Counted from the stretch's first letter, positions 1-10,962 are shown. The stretch is 64,000 nucleotides of DNA from Candidatus Methanomethylophilaceae archaeon (GCA_944320495.1 CALUHR010000013.1:352001-416000), one strand, 5' to 3'. The notes: generated from the letters alone by a model not told the origin. Program-made: numbers and translations.

Positions 1-4
1 GTCC

Positions 5-541
5 GTGGACGTCCCCATATCGGTGGACACCATGAAGGCAGAGGTGGCCGAGCGCTGCATAGCCCTCGGCGCCACGATCGTCAACGACGTCCTCGGTCTC
101 CGCGGACCGGGTATGACGGAGGTCTGCGCGTCGACCGGGGTCGACGTCGTCATCATGCATATGAATGGTATGCCCGAGTCCATGCCGGCGGCCATGGGCG
201 ACGGATTCATGGACGAGATCAGGGGGTTCCTGGAGGCCCGCGCATCGTACGCCCTGGACGCCGGCATCCGCAGGGAATCCATCATCCTGGATCCGGGGAT
301 AGGGTTCGGCAAGGATCCTGTCCAGAACTCCGAGATACTGGAGAACAGCTCGTATTTCTCATGCGGAGGGTATCCGGTTCTCTCCGCATCGTCACGCAAG
401 CGGTTCCTGGCAACCCGCTATCCCGGCATGGACAGGGACGACGCATCCGCGGAGGCGGCGCTGGTCGCGGTCCGCTCCGGTGCCGCGATGGTCCGCGTCC
501 ACGACGTGGCCCGCACCGCCGAGCTTCTGGGGGTCCGCTGA
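5..541 (+). CDS. folP: Dihydropteroate synthase, 5'-truncated by window edge
   Basis: ISVDT, IVNDV, ILDPGIGFGK, SRKRF and VRVHDV motifs. Confidence 0.9.
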   Translation: MDVPISVDTMKAEVAERCIALGATIVNDVLGLRGPGMTEVCASTGVDVVIMHMNGMPESMPAAMGDGFMDEIRGFLEARASYALDAGIRRESIILDPGIGFGKDPVQNSEILENSSYFSCGGYPVLSASSRKRFLATRYPGMDRDDASAEAALVAVRSGAAMVRVHDVARTAELLGVR

Positions 542-545
542 GGTC

Positions 546-773
546 TCAGAGGTACTTCAGGGCGGTGCCGACGGCCATCACGATGACGCATACGATGGCC
601 GCGGAGCCCCAGAACAGGTACTCCTTCCTCTTCTCCGCCTTCTCGCGGGCGATCTCGGCCGCCCTGCATTCCTCGTCGCAGAACTCCTGACCGAACGGGA
701 CGGGGTCCCCGCAGAACTTGCAGTGGGAATGCTCGGGAAGTCTGAGGCCGCCTACCATGCCGAGCCCTATCAT
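546..773 (-). CDS. DUF2116-like Zn-ribbon protein with C-terminal TM helix
   Basis: HSHCKFCG..FCDEEC plus hydrophobic tail; start 773 or 758. Confidence 0.75.
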   Translation of the reverse strand: MIGLGMVGGLRLPEHSHCKFCGDPVPFGQEFCDEECRAAEIAREKAEKRKEYLFWGSAAIVCVIVMAVGTALKYL

Positions 774-856
774 TCGCTATTAGATAAAATGTGACTGGTT
801 AGATTATAAGCGGGCGCGGTCCATCCGTCGATGCCGCTCGGCGGCAGGAGATGCGA

Positions 857-1090
857 ATGAGGTTCACACTGCTGAACAGGAAGAGCAACGCGGCCATCAG
901 GATGGACATGGATCCGTCCGATAGGGTCGGGGAGATAATGGAGACCGTATCCGAGGCATGGGGCTGCGGCAACATCGTCCTGAGGGACGGCTATTCGCTC
1001 CTGGAACCCGACAGTCTCACCGGCAGCTGCATCTCGGAGGGGGATCTCGTGGAGGTGCTCCCGGATCCGTTCCAGCAGCAGACGGTTTGA
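857..1090 (+). CDS. Small putative ubiquitin-like (beta-grasp) protein without C-terminal GG
   Basis: About 77 aa with a Ubl-like pattern (ISEGDLVEVLP). GGAG RBS spacing fits ATG 857, not ATG-CGA at 851. Confidence 0.5.
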   Translation: MRFTLLNRKSNAAIRMDMDPSDRVGEIMETVSEAWGCGNIVLRDGYSLLEPDSLTGSCISEGDLVEVLPDPFQQQTV

Positions 1091-1139
1091 AATAGGGGGT
1101 GGCTCTGGCCGGCGTCGGATGACAGACAGCAGAGGAAGG

Positions 1140-1472
1140 ATGGGCACGAGGGCGGAGGTCCTGTTCGGGGCCAACGCCATGATCTCGATCGCCGAGGCCG
1201 CGGAGCGGTCCCAGGCGCATGGCGGACTAAGAGGCGGATGGGAGTCAGATGCGAACGGTAGGTTCGCCAGGGTCGAAGGGGCCGGTGTGCCGGAGGTGGG
1301 GATGTACTTCCCGTCCGAGGGCACCGAGCCCGACGATTCCATGTGCGACATCCTGCGCTCGGCCATCGGGGAGGGAGTGCTGGTCGTCATCGATCCGTAC
1401 GCCGGGGAGTTGGCCGTGTACATCGTCGATGGTGACGGGTGCAGGACGGCCTCGGCGCTGGTCTCAGAATGA
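1140..1472 (+). CDS. Degenerate MPN/JAB-like protein
   Basis: VLF..AM.SIAE.A...GGL.GG, VGMY and VLVVIDP..GELAVY resemble the MPN fold; no HxH...D JAMM motif. Confidence 0.45.
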   Translation: MGTRAEVLFGANAMISIAEAAERSQAHGGLRGGWESDANGRFARVEGAGVPEVGMYFPSEGTEPDDSMCDILRSAIGEGVLVVIDPYAGELAVYIVDGDGCRTASALVSE

Positions 1473-1474
1473 GA

Positions 1475-2020
1475 TCGGACCCAGATCGCGTGGCGGCGGC
1501 GCATGTCGTCCTCGGAGATCTCCTCGCGGGACATTATCTCGCTGACGATGCCGTCGAACAGCAGCAGCGCGGAGTCCTCGAAGACGGTCCCCAGGGGGGC
1601 CACCCTGTGCAGTCCCTCGCCCTCGGGAACGCTCATGACCAGGGACACGTCGGAGACGCGGGTCAGCGGGCTTCCGCTGGTGCCCGTTATGCAGAATATC
1701 TCGGACCCTATGCGACGGGCGATTTCCGCTGTCTGCACAACCGACGACGTCCTGCCGGTGTAGGATATGAGGAGGGTGAGGTCCTCCTTCCCGATTATGG
1801 GGGTGGTCATCTCGCCCACGAAATGCACGTCGAGCCCGAGCTGGACGAGACGCACCGCGAACATCTGGCCCACCAGCCCGGAGCGGCCGGACCCGTAGAC
1901 GAAGACCTTGCGATGGCTCAGGATCCCGGAGACTAGCTCCTCCCTGGCGTCGGCGTCGACCGAGCGGACTGCGGTCCTGCAGGTGTCCAGCAGGGTGTCC
2001 AGGTCGTCCAACTCACTCAC
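1475..2020 (-). CDS. hxlB: SIS-domain 6-phospho-3-hexuloisomerase-like protein (ends at CGA 1475-1477)
   Basis: VFVYGSGRSG, SYTGRT and APLGTVFE motifs. RHAIWV then CGA matches the RHANLE C-terminus of HxlB/PHI. Confidence 0.85.
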
Positions 2021-3056
2021 CGGCGGCAGCGGCCGCCGCTTCTGACTTGCGACGCTCCTTGAGCTCCTTCGCGGCCCTCTTGGTGAGGATCCTCTCCTGG
2101 ATGATCCTCATGTACATCGCGTCGTGCTCCAGCAGCGGGGACATCGAGATGACGGTGCAGTCCGGCCTCATCTCGGCCATGGCCTCGGCGAGGGGCTCGA
2201 ACTTCAGGTCGCCCTTCTTGATGGGCGTGAGCCTCTTCTCTCCCGCGTCGCCGTACTCCACGCCGGAGAACTCGGTGTGGAGGCCTCCCTTGGCATAGGG
2301 CTCGACGGTCTCGATGAGGTTGATGAAGTCGTCGGGCTCGATGAGCGTCCCGCCCGTGCGGGAGTGGTAGTGGGCGAAGTTGATGACCGGCACCGGTCCG
2401 CCGACGGCCTCGCAGATGTCGAGGACCTGCTCGAGGGAGCCGAAGACGTCCTGCTGACCGGTGATCTCGATGCCGAGCCTGCACTTAAGGCCGACGCCGT
2501 TCCACCAGTCCATGAGGGCCCCGAGGTTCTCGTAGATGTGTTCGTCCACGTAGTCCTCGGTGCGCTTGCCGTCGTAGATGCCCAGGTTCGTGACCACGAT
2601 GTCCCCGTCCAGGGCGTCCAGGATGATGCCGGCGTGCCTTATGCTGTCGATGCAGCTGAAGGCGAGCTCGTTCTCGTCGCCCAGGTCCATGTAGTAGGGG
2701 GTGTGGATGGAGAGCTTGACGTCCATCCTCTTGGCCATGTGCCCGATGCCCGCCAGGCTGCCGAAGGTGTCGGCGACGGGGGAGGGCATGAACAGGAGGT
2801 CGTCGTCCTCCTCGATCGGCTCGTTGGGGTCGCTGATGGGCTCCTCGTCCCTCAGGATCTCCACGACGAAGTCCTCCTCGATGTCGGAGATCGTCAGGCC
2901 GACCTCCTCGTCCTCAGGCGGGCGGGGGTAGACCCCTGCGCGTACCATCTGGATCTCCAGGGCGCTGAGGCTGAGGTTGTGAACGTCCTCTATGCCGTCC
3001 TTCAGGGTGCGCCCCTTGCAGGAAAGGGGGATGCCGGCGGGGCCGAACCTTATCAT
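2013..3056 (-). CDS. Endonuclease IV-like TIM-barrel protein
   Basis: MIRFGPAGIP, SIHTPYY, INFAHYH, LHTEFSG motifs. Confidence 0.8.
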   Translation of the reverse strand: MIRFGPAGIPLSCKGRTLKDGIEDVHNLSLSALEIQMVRAGVYPRPPEDEEVGLTISDIEEDFVVEILRDEEPISDPNEPIEEDDDLLFMPSPVADTFGSLAGIGHMAKRMDVKLSIHTPYYMDLGDENELAFSCIDSIRHAGIILDALDGDIVVTNLGIYDGKRTEDYVDEHIYENLGALMDWWNGVGLKCRLGIEITGQQDVFGSLEQVLDICEAVGGPVPVINFAHYHSRTGGTLIEPDDFINLIETVEPYAKGGLHTEFSGVEYGDAGEKRLTPIKKGDLKFEPLAEAMAEMRPDCTVISMSPLLEHDAMYMRIIQERILTKRAAKELKERRKSEAAAAAAGE

Positions 3057-3211
3057 GGTGGCGGGCAACCTTACTAAAGTAGATAAGGGGTTCGTTGTGA
3101 CTTGGGCGGGGCGAGGGACCCGCCGGGATGTGGACGGTCGTCGCGTGCTGTTCGGAGCTTCCGCGGGACTCATCCAATATTATTAAAAACGGGATGGGGC
3201 TCGGGAAGCGT

Positions 3212-3814
3212 ATGAACACCGGCAGAGCAGTAGCCGTGGTAAGTGCCCTGCTGGCGATAGCCTCCCTGGCGGTGGCCTGGGTCCATTACGAGGGTATAAT
3301 GGCCATCGTGTCCTTCTTCGTGCTGGTGTTCGGCGTACTGGCATCCAAGAACTGCACCCTGAACACGAACAAGTTCATCCTGCTGGCATCCGTGGCATCG
3401 GTCGTTTGCACGGTCCTCTCCGTCACAGTGCTGGTGCAGGGGAACTTCTCCGACGCGGAGGGCACCCCAACCGTGACCTGGTTCGTGCTCATCGGCCTGG
3501 TGCACAGCGTGCCCGTGGTTCCCCTGACCTTCTCGGTGTACCCCATCATCGCATCGCTGTCCGGGGCGTCCTTCAACTGGGCCATCGTCCGCGGTCTGAG
3601 CCCCTTCATAGGGATGGGCATGGAGGTCCCCGGGTTCGTGCTGGAGTACATGTTCGAGGGGGCCGACAACTGGATGACCGACAACGGGTACATCCTGTAC
3701 CACTTCCTGATGACCGCGCTGGTCATGATCGTCTTCGCGTTCATCGCATCCTCGATCATGAGGAGGCACGGACTGGTCGTGACCGAGAGGGGGCTGGGTG
3801 AGCTGAGATGCTGA
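3212..3814 (+). CDS. Multi-pass membrane protein of unknown function
   Basis: About 6 hydrophobic segments and coding-like codon use. Confidence 0.65.
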   Translation: MNTGRAVAVVSALLAIASLAVAWVHYEGIMAIVSFFVLVFGVLASKNCTLNTNKFILLASVASVVCTVLSVTVLVQGNFSDAEGTPTVTWFVLIGLVHSVPVVPLTFSVYPIIASLSGASFNWAIVRGLSPFIGMGMEVPGFVLEYMFEGADNWMTDNGYILYHFLMTALVMIVFAFIASSIMRRHGLVVTERGLGELRC

Positions 3815-4497
3815 CCGCCGAGCAGGATGCCAGGGAGAGGCGCGTCGCATGGGCGATGCTCATAGGATGTCCCCTGTCCTTCATGTTCATCTCCGTGTTC
3901 TCGTTCCTGGGCGTGGCGCCCGGGATCGAGGCAGGGCATCCTCCGATATACCTCATCGCGACTTGCATCGCATGGGCGATAGTGTCCGTGTTCCTGCCGG
4001 CCCTCAGGCTGCTGAGGCTGGTCTCCCTGCCCTCGGCGTTCCTGTTCGTGGTCTACGCGAACATGTACTTCTACGTGGTCTCGCTGAACGTCGGGCTGTA
4101 CCTGAACGTCAGCTGGTGGGGGGACATGGGGCATGTCATCTCGTCCACCATCGTCACCATGATCGTCTTCCTGGCACTGTGCATCATGGAGGTGTACTCG
4201 CCCGCCCACGTGACCTTCGGCAGGAGGGGAGGGATGGCGGCGATGCTGTTCTTCGTCGCCCTCAGCTTCGGCGGGATCTGGGAGATGATGGAGGGCTTCG
4301 CCGACTTCGCTGGGGGCGGATCCTACATGGTCTACGGTGCCAGCGACACCATGGGGGACCTCACCGCCGACCTGATCGGCGTGATCATCGTCACCGCCTG
4401 CGCCTACTGGTACCTCGGCAGGAGGGCCCCCGCCGACATCTGCTCTTCCATACGCTTCGGGAGGGGTGCTTTCGTTGTCAGGGAAGACGTCGAGCGA
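3808..4497 (+). CDS. DUF2238/YjdF-like membrane protein (ends at CGA 4495-4497)
   Basis: WWGDMGH, IWEMME and DTMGDLTADLIG motifs. Without the CGA stop it overlaps the next gene by about 680 nt. Confidence 0.65.
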
Positions 4498-5785
4498 TCT
4501 CCGCACGGTCCTCTGGGGCGACGGCGCGGCGCGCACCAGGACGGTCATCGCCGTCCTGTTCCTCGTGGCATGCATCGGATATCTCGTCGCGGTCCACGTG
4601 CTCGGGATAGAGACCGAGGTCATGCGGGACCGCTTCTGGAAGAACGCCGAGCCCCTGTTCGACGGTATCGTGCCGGCCACCGAGTATCCCCCGCTGGCTC
4701 TCGTCTTCATCGCGATACCCAGGCTGTTCGGCTCCGACCCATGGTCTTACGAGGTCGCCTACGTGGCGATGATCTATGTTTTCATGGTCGCGGGCCTGTG
4801 TCTGGTGTCGAGGCTGGCCAGGGCCCTCGGCAGGGACGGGTCGGGCCCGATGGTCGCATATGGGCTTATGGTCCTCCTGATGCTGGAGTTCGTCCTGGAC
4901 AGGTTCGACATAATCGCCATGGTCCTCGCGCTGGCCGCGATGGTCCTCCTGGCGGAGCGCCGCACCGTTCCCGCCTTCGTCGTGCTGGCACTCGGCGTGC
5001 TCACCAAGGTCTACCCCGCCGTCTTCTTCCCGGTCATGCTCCTCGCTCTCCTCTACGACCGCAGGGTGAGGGACGCGCTGCACGGGTTCGCCGCGTTCGT
5101 CCTGACGGGATTGGCGGCGGTTGCGGTATGCGTGCTCATCGATCCTGAGATCATCACGAACTTCATCAGCTACAACGGGTTCCGCCCCCTACAGATAGAG
5201 TCGGTCGCCGCTTCCGTTATCTATCCGTTCTCCATGGTTGGCCTCACGGACGTCTGGATTCAGGGGTCTTCGCCCGAGAGCTTCTGGTCGGACAACCTCC
5301 GGGGTCCGCTGCCGGACGCCCTGGCGGACTGGATGCTGCCCGTCGCCGTCGCCTGCGTGGTCGCCGTCTGGATCGCCTACATGGTCCTCCGGTCCCGCGT
5401 CGCCGGCGACCACACCATGCGCCTGGCCTCCCTGGCGATGCTGTCCACGTTGCTCGTGTTCCTGGTGATGAACAAGGTCTTCTCGGCGCAGTACCTCATC
5501 TGGGCGATAGCCCCGCTCATGTTCGTCCTGCTGACGTCGCCGGAGGGGTCGGAGCGCCGCATCCTCCAGGTGCTGGTGCTGGCCACCCTGCTCACGCAGG
5601 TCGACTTCGTGTACAACGTCGGGTTCCTGGGCGGAGGCGCCAACATCGACGACCTCGGCATGCTCGTCATCCTGGCGAAGAACGCGGCGGTCGTCGCCGC
5701 GATGGTCCTGGCCCTGAGGTCCATGGTCTCGATGGGCCGTGGGACCGTCTCCGAGGACCGTCCCGGGCCGGTCGCCAACCCTTAA
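4475..5785 (+). CDS. GT87/DUF2029-like membrane glycosyltransferase
   Basis: EYPPLA, RFDII, KVYP, KVFSAQYLIW motifs; start TTG 4475 or GTG 4466. Confidence 0.75.
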   Translation: MSGKTSSDLRTVLWGDGAARTRTVIAVLFLVACIGYLVAVHVLGIETEVMRDRFWKNAEPLFDGIVPATEYPPLALVFIAIPRLFGSDPWSYEVAYVAMIYVFMVAGLCLVSRLARALGRDGSGPMVAYGLMVLLMLEFVLDRFDIIAMVLALAAMVLLAERRTVPAFVVLALGVLTKVYPAVFFPVMLLALLYDRRVRDALHGFAAFVLTGLAAVAVCVLIDPEIITNFISYNGFRPLQIESVAASVIYPFSMVGLTDVWIQGSSPESFWSDNLRGPLPDALADWMLPVAVACVVAVWIAYMVLRSRVAGDHTMRLASLAMLSTLLVFLVMNKVFSAQYLIWAIAPLMFVLLTSPEGSERRILQVLVLATLLTQVDFVYNVGFLGGGANIDDLGMLVILAKNAAVVAAMVLALRSMVSMGRGTVSEDRPGPVANP

Positions 5786-5869
5786 ATAAGGGTACCAGAT
5801 AGGACGGACCGCTCTTCAGAGCCGATGAATGATGAAGGCGCCTTTGAGCGCCGGAAAGAGGTAATTGCA

Positions 5870-6235
5870 ATGTCCGTATACGTGAAGTTCGAGACACCCA
5901 AGGAGATTTCCGACAAAGCCTACTCCCTCGCCGAGATGGCCAGGGACGGCGGCAAGATCAAGAAGGGAACCAACGAGGTCACCAAGGTCGTCGAGCGCGG
6001 CAACGCCGCCATCGTCATCATGGCCGCCGACGTCGAGCCCCCGGAGATCCTGGCCCACATGCCCGCCCTGTGCGACGAGAGGAACGTCCCCTACGTCTAC
6101 GTCCCCAGCAAGACCGAGCTCGGCAGCGCCATCGGCCTCGACAAGCCCACCGCCTCCATCGCCATCGTCGATGTCGGAAAGGGCAAGGCCCTGTGCGACG
6201 AGATCGCTGCGGCTGTCAAGAACCTGAAAGCCTGA
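5870..6235 (+). CDS. rpl7ae: 50S ribosomal protein L7Ae
   Basis: KIKKGTNEVTKVVERG, DVEPPEI. Confidence 0.97.
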   Translation: MSVYVKFETPKEISDKAYSLAEMARDGGKIKKGTNEVTKVVERGNAAIVIMAADVEPPEILAHMPALCDERNVPYVYVPSKTELGSAIGLDKPTASIAIVDVGKGKALCDEIAAAVKNLKA

Positions 6236-6246
6236 AGGTGAACTGA

Positions 6247-6459
6247 ATGGTAGACACCGACAGCATACCCGCCGAGGTCGTCGAGGTCATCGGCAGGACC
6301 GGAATGACCGGGGAGGCTACCCAGGTCAAGGTCCGCGTTCTCGACGGACGCGACAAGGGCAGGATCATCACCAGGAACATCATGGGACCCGTCAGGATGG
6401 GCGACATCCTCATGCTGAGGGAGACGTCCAGAGAGGCCCGCAAGCTCGGAATGAGGTGA
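6247..6459 (+). CDS. rps28e: 30S ribosomal protein S28e
   Basis: [25 protein letters not shown]. Confidence 0.97.
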   Translation: MVDTDSIPAEVVEVIGRTGMTGEATQVKVRVLDGRDKGRIITRNIMGPVRMGDILMLRETSREARKLGMR

Positions 6460-6464
6460 TTCGC

Positions 6465-6707
6465 ATGGTAGACACTACTAGGAAGTGCTCCTTCTGCGGC
6501 GCCCCCATCGAGCCCGGCACCGGGAAGATGTTCGTCAAGAAGGACGGGACCATCCTGTTCTTCGACACCAACAAGTGCTACAAGAACATGATCGAGCTCA
6601 AGAGGGTCGCCCGTACCACCCTCTGGACCGAGAAGGCCCACCAGGAGAAGGCGACCAAGCTCAAGGCCATGGAGAAGTCCGAGGCCGCCGCCGAGAAGAC
6701 GGAGTGA
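6465..6707 (+). CDS. rpl24e: 50S ribosomal protein L24e
   Basis: [21 protein letters not shown]. Confidence 0.96.
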   Translation: MVDTTRKCSFCGAPIEPGTGKMFVKKDGTILFFDTNKCYKNMIELKRVARTTLWTEKAHQEKATKLKAMEKSEAAAEKTE

Positions 6708-6712
6708 TCCCC

Positions 6713-7168
6713 ATGGCGATGGAGCAGACCTACCTCATGGTCAAGCCCGACGGAGTCCAGCGCGGACTCTGCGGCGAGATCGTCTCCCGCTTCGAGAAGA
6801 AGGGACTGAAGATCGTCGGCATGAAGATGATGACCATCTCCAGGGAGACCGCCGAGAACCACTACGGCGAGCACAAGGGCAAGCCCTTCTTCCCGTCCCT
6901 CATCTCCTACATCACCTCCGGGCCCGTTCTCGCGATGGTCCTCGAGGGAGAGAACGCCGTCTCCGTTTGCAGGGGCATGATGGGCAAGACCAACCCGGCC
7001 GAGTCCGCCCCCGGAACCATCCGCGGCGACTACGCCATGGTCACCGGGATGAACATCATCCACGGCTCGGACTCCGTCGAGTCCGCCAAGAGGGAGATCT
7101 CCATCTTCTTCAAGCCGGAGGAGCTCGTCACCTACGACAGGACCTCCGACAAGTGGATCTACGAGTGA
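6713..7168 (+). CDS. ndk: Nucleoside diphosphate kinase
   Basis: [24 protein letters not shown]. Confidence 0.97.
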   Translation: MAMEQTYLMVKPDGVQRGLCGEIVSRFEKKGLKIVGMKMMTISRETAENHYGEHKGKPFFPSLISYITSGPVLAMVLEGENAVSVCRGMMGKTNPAESAPGTIRGDYAMVTGMNIIHGSDSVESAKREISIFFKPEELVTYDRTSDKWIYE

Positions 7169-7232
7169 TTCCAAACCTCTTCCGAAAACCCCTTAACATC
7201 ACGTTTCATATTCATCAGCAGAGGTGTCCATC

Positions 7233-8981
7233 ATGGCGATAAGACAGCCCGTCGTCAGTGTTCTGGGTCATGTAGACCACGGTAAGACCAAGCTGCTCGA
7301 CCGCATAAGGGGCACCTCCGTCCAGGCGAGGGAGGCCGGAGCGATCACGCAGCACATCGGCGCCACCGAGGTGCCGATCGACCACATCTACAAGATGTGC
7401 GGCTCGCTAATCGGGAACAAGAAGTTCGACGTCCCCGGCCTGCTCTTCATCGACACGCCCGGACACCAGTCCTTCGTCACCCTCCGCGCCAGGGGAGGGT
7501 CCCTGGCCGACCTGGCCGTCCTCGTCATCGACATCCGCGAGGGCCTGATGCCCCAGACCATCGAGTCCATCCGCATCCTCAGGCAGTACAAGACCCCCTT
7601 CGTCATCGCCCTCAACAAGGTCGACACCATCGAGGGGTGGATCGCCGAGGAGGGGAGGCCGTTCGTGCTCTCCGAGAGGGTCCAGCAGGACCACACGAGG
7701 GCGGTCTTCGAGGAGAAGATGTACAACGTCATCGCCCAGCTGGCCCAGGAGGGCATATCCTCCGACAGGTACGACAGGATCGACGACTTCACCAAGGCCG
7801 TCGCGCTCGTGCCCATCAGCGCCAAGGAGGGCGAGGGCATCCAGGACCTGCTCCTGGTGCTCATCGGTCTGGCGCAGCGCTTCCTCGAGACCCAGCTCGA
7901 GAAGGGCGAGGGCCCCGGAAGGGGCACGATTCTGGAGATCAAGGAGGAGCGCGGTCTCGGCAAGACGCTGGACATGATCCTCTACTCCGGGACGCTGAAG
8001 AAGGGCGACACCGTCGCCATGGGCACACGCGGGGCGCCGGTGGTCACGAAGATCAAGGCCATCCTCAAGCCCAAGCCCCTGGACGAGATCCGCGACCCGA
8101 GGGACCGCTTCGACTCCGTGAAGGAGCTCCACGCCGCCGCCGGGGTCAAGATCTCCACGCAGAACTGCGAGGGCGTCATCGCCGGAGCGCCCATCATCGT
8201 CGTCAAGGGTCCGAACGATCCCGCCATCAAGGCGCTCGCCGAGGAGACGAGCATCAAGATCGAGACCCAGGAGAACGGCATCACGATCAAGGCCGACGCC
8301 ATCGGCTCCCTGGAGGCGCTGGCGTACGAGGCCAAGGCCCACGACATCCCCATCAGGAAGTACGGCATCGGCGAGATCACCCGCAGGGACATCGTCGAGA
8401 CTGCCTACGCGGACAAGAAGAACTGCGTCATCCTGGGATTCAACGTCGAGCTCTCCAAGGACGCAGAGGCAGAGCTGATGAACCACGAGGGCCTCAAGGT
8501 CCTTACCAACCAGATCGTCTACCAGCTCATCGACGACTACGTCGAGTGGGTCGACGAGTGCAAGAGGCAGACAGACACCGACAAGCGCTCGGTGTTCTCG
8601 TTCCCCGCCAAGTTCATGGTGCTCCCCAACTGCATATTCCGCGCCAGCAAGCCCGCCATCGTCGGCGTCCGCGTCCTGGCCGGGAGGATCAGGCCCGGGG
8701 AGACCCTCATCGGACCCGACGGCAGGGACCTCGGCAGGATCAAGAGTATCCGCATCGGCGAGGACGTACAGAGGGAGGCCAAGCAGGGCGACGAGGTCGC
8801 GGTGGCCATCGACGGCGTCACCGTCGGCAGGCAGATCGACGAGGAGTCGATAGTGTACGTCGACCTCATCGAGTCCGGGTACAAGCAGCTCCAGACCCTG
8901 GACCTCACCGCCGACGAGAAGATCGCGATGGAGGAGACCGTCGCCATCAAGAGGAAGGAGGAGCCCTTCTGGGGCATGTGA
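7233..8981 (+). CDS. infB: Translation initiation factor IF-2 (aIF5B)
   Basis: [25 protein letters not shown]; GAGGTG RBS. Confidence 0.97.
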   Translation: MAIRQPVVSVLGHVDHGKTKLLDRIRGTSVQAREAGAITQHIGATEVPIDHIYKMCGSLIGNKKFDVPGLLFIDTPGHQSFVTLRARGGSLADLAVLVIDIREGLMPQTIESIRILRQYKTPFVIALNKVDTIEGWIAEEGRPFVLSERVQQDHTRAVFEEKMYNVIAQLAQEGISSDRYDRIDDFTKAVALVPISAKEGEGIQDLLLVLIGLAQRFLETQLEKGEGPGRGTILEIKEERGLGKTLDMILYSGTLKKGDTVAMGTRGAPVVTKIKAILKPKPLDEIRDPRDRFDSVKELHAAAGVKISTQNCEGVIAGAPIIVVKGPNDPAIKALAEETSIKIETQENGITIKADAIGSLEALAYEAKAHDIPIRKYGIGEITRRDIVETAYADKKNCVILGFNVELSKDAEAELMNHEGLKVLTNQIVYQLIDDYVEWVDECKRQTDTDKRSVFSFPAKFMVLPNCIFRASKPAIVGVRVLAGRIRPGETLIGPDGRDLGRIKSIRIGEDVQREAKQGDEVAVAIDGVTVGRQIDEESIVYVDLIESGYKQLQTLDLTADEKIAMEETVAIKRKEEPFWGM

Positions 8982-8993
8982 CGGGGGTCTCCC

Positions 8994-10349
8994 GTGACAT
9001 ATCTCACGGTCCCGTTCTTCACCTACATATTCGCGGTGCTGCCGGTCTGGCTGCCCCTGCTGGCAACGGACCTGGTGGCGCTGTACATCCTCATATTCAG
9101 GGAGAGGCACGACCCGAGGACGCTGATATTCTGGGTGGCGGTGGTGTTCATACTGCCGTTCCTAGGCTTCCTCTTCTACCTGCTGTTCGGCTGCACGCTG
9201 TTCGTCAGACGGTGGGGCTCGCGGAAGGAGGCATCCGACAGGAGGTTCCTGTCGGGCGTCTCGGAGGAGCCCCCGGAGGACGGCCGCAGGCTGTCCAACG
9301 TGCTCTCCAGCGCCGGGGCCGACGTGTACACGTCCGGGAACGGCGTCAGGCTGTTCTGGGACGCTCCGGACTCCTGGGGGACCTGCATGGACGCCATCCT
9401 CGCTGCCAGCCGCAGCGTGCACATCGAGACCAACAGGCTCCCGGACGACCCGTCCCTGAGGGACATGCTGGCCTCCAAGGCGCGGGAGGGAGTCGACGTC
9501 CGCATCGTCACCGGGACCCGCGGGTTCGGGAGGACCCCCGGTCTCCGCGAGCTCAGGCGCGCGGGGGTCAGGTACACAACCTTCCACGGATGGTTCCTCT
9601 CTACGTTCTCGCTCAGGGTCGAGAGCCGCTGCCTCAGGGATCTCCTCGTGGTCGACGGCTCTGTGGCGTTCACCTGCCTCGGGTCGTCGATAGAGGTCGA
9701 GGGCAGGGCCGCATCCCGCCTGGACCGCAGGTTCCTCGCCGACTGGGCGTTCGCATCCGGGGAGGCCGTCGACGTCCACGAAGACGTCCAGTCCTCCGAC
9801 GGCGGGTGCGGGGTGCAGGTGGTCCCGTCCGGTCCCGATTCGTCAGGGATGGCCATGCTCCACGGGTACTCCGAGATAATATCGGAGGCGAGGGACAGGC
9901 TGTACCTCACGTTCCCGTTCCTGATCCCCAACGACGAGATGTACAACGCCATCAAGCAGGCGGTCATCGCGGGCACCGACGTCAGGATACTCATCCCGTC
10001 GGTCTGCAGGCACTGGTACCAGCCCTGGAACTCCCTTGCCGCCTCCAACCCGCTCATGCAGGCCGGCGCGAGGGTGTACTTCTCTGACACGGCGTCGGTG
10101 AGATGCCTCGCCGTGGCGGACGGCAGGGTGCTGGCCATGGGGACCGGCGTCTTCAACTCCAGGTCCCTGTGGGCAGACTACGCGGTGAACGTGGTCGTCA
10201 GGTCGGAGGATGTGGCCAGGGACGCCGAGAGGGCGTTCATGGCCGAGCTCGACGGTGCGGCGGAGTGCCTCCCGGAGGAGTACAGCCGCAGGTCCTTCGC
10301 GGATCGCATCAAGATTGCGGTCGCCAGGATGCTGATGTTCCTGAACCGA
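8994..10349 (+). CDS. Cardiolipin synthase-like PLD protein lacking HKD motifs (ends at CGA 10347-10349)
   Basis: N-terminal PLDc_N-type TM pair, V(V)PSGP, LYLTFPFLIP, FNSRS. VARMLMFLN matches the Cls C-terminus. Confidence 0.75.
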
Positions 10350-10549
10350 TCGCCCTGGCCTTCTGAGCTGGACCTCCCCTACCTCCGTCACGGCGGCGTG
10401 GCCGGCATGCGGGGACGAAGGGCGGGGTGCAGCCCATCGGCACATCGTTCGAGGGAAGGCCACCTGCGTGCGCACCGGCCCCGTCGATCCCGCCCTTTAA
10501 GGAATCTTTATAAAGGTCTCCCCTTTAGCCCGACGTCACAGGTGTTCAA

Positions 10550-10957
10550 ATGGCAGACTTCAAAGTCGTTGTGAACGATGTCAAGACTGGAAAGTCCTAC
10601 GCCGTCCCCGTGACCGGTCACCACGCGAACTCTCTGATTGGCGTTAGCGTCGGAGAGGTCGTTGATGGTGTTTTCGTGGGCCTTCCCGACTACAAGCTCC
10701 AGGTAACCGGAGGCTCCGACTCCAACGGAACCCCCATGAGGAAGGACCTCCCCGGCAACAAGAGGGTCAAGCTCCTCCTCTCCGACGGACTCGGATTCCA
10801 CGAGGTCTATCACGGAGAGAGGAAGAGGGTCGCCATCCGCGGCGCACAGATCTCCGATGCGATCGTCCAGATCAACATGAAGGTCGTCGAGTACGGACCC
10901 AAGACCATCGAGGAGATCCTCAACCCCGCTCCCGAGGGAGAGGCTCCCGCGGAGTAA
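10550..10957 (+). CDS. rps6e: 30S ribosomal protein S6e
   Basis: [24 protein letters not shown]. Confidence 0.96.
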   Translation: MADFKVVVNDVKTGKSYAVPVTGHHANSLIGVSVGEVVDGVFVGLPDYKLQVTGGSDSNGTPMRKDLPGNKRVKLLLSDGLGFHEVYHGERKRVAIRGAQISDAIVQINMKVVEYGPKTIEEILNPAPEGEAPAE

Positions 10958-10962
10958 TTCAG

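Noticed and set aside
770-2020. 416-aa SIS protein and other long read-through ORFs (3808-5148, 13713-16223, 16228-19239, 32795-33673, 46575-48236)
   Set aside because: Extensions start right after a CGA, lose family similarity and overlap real genes
7397-10087. Long Arg/Pro/Gly-rich alternative-frame and antisense ORFs throughout the window
   Set aside because: Shadows of GC-rich coding genes with no motifs
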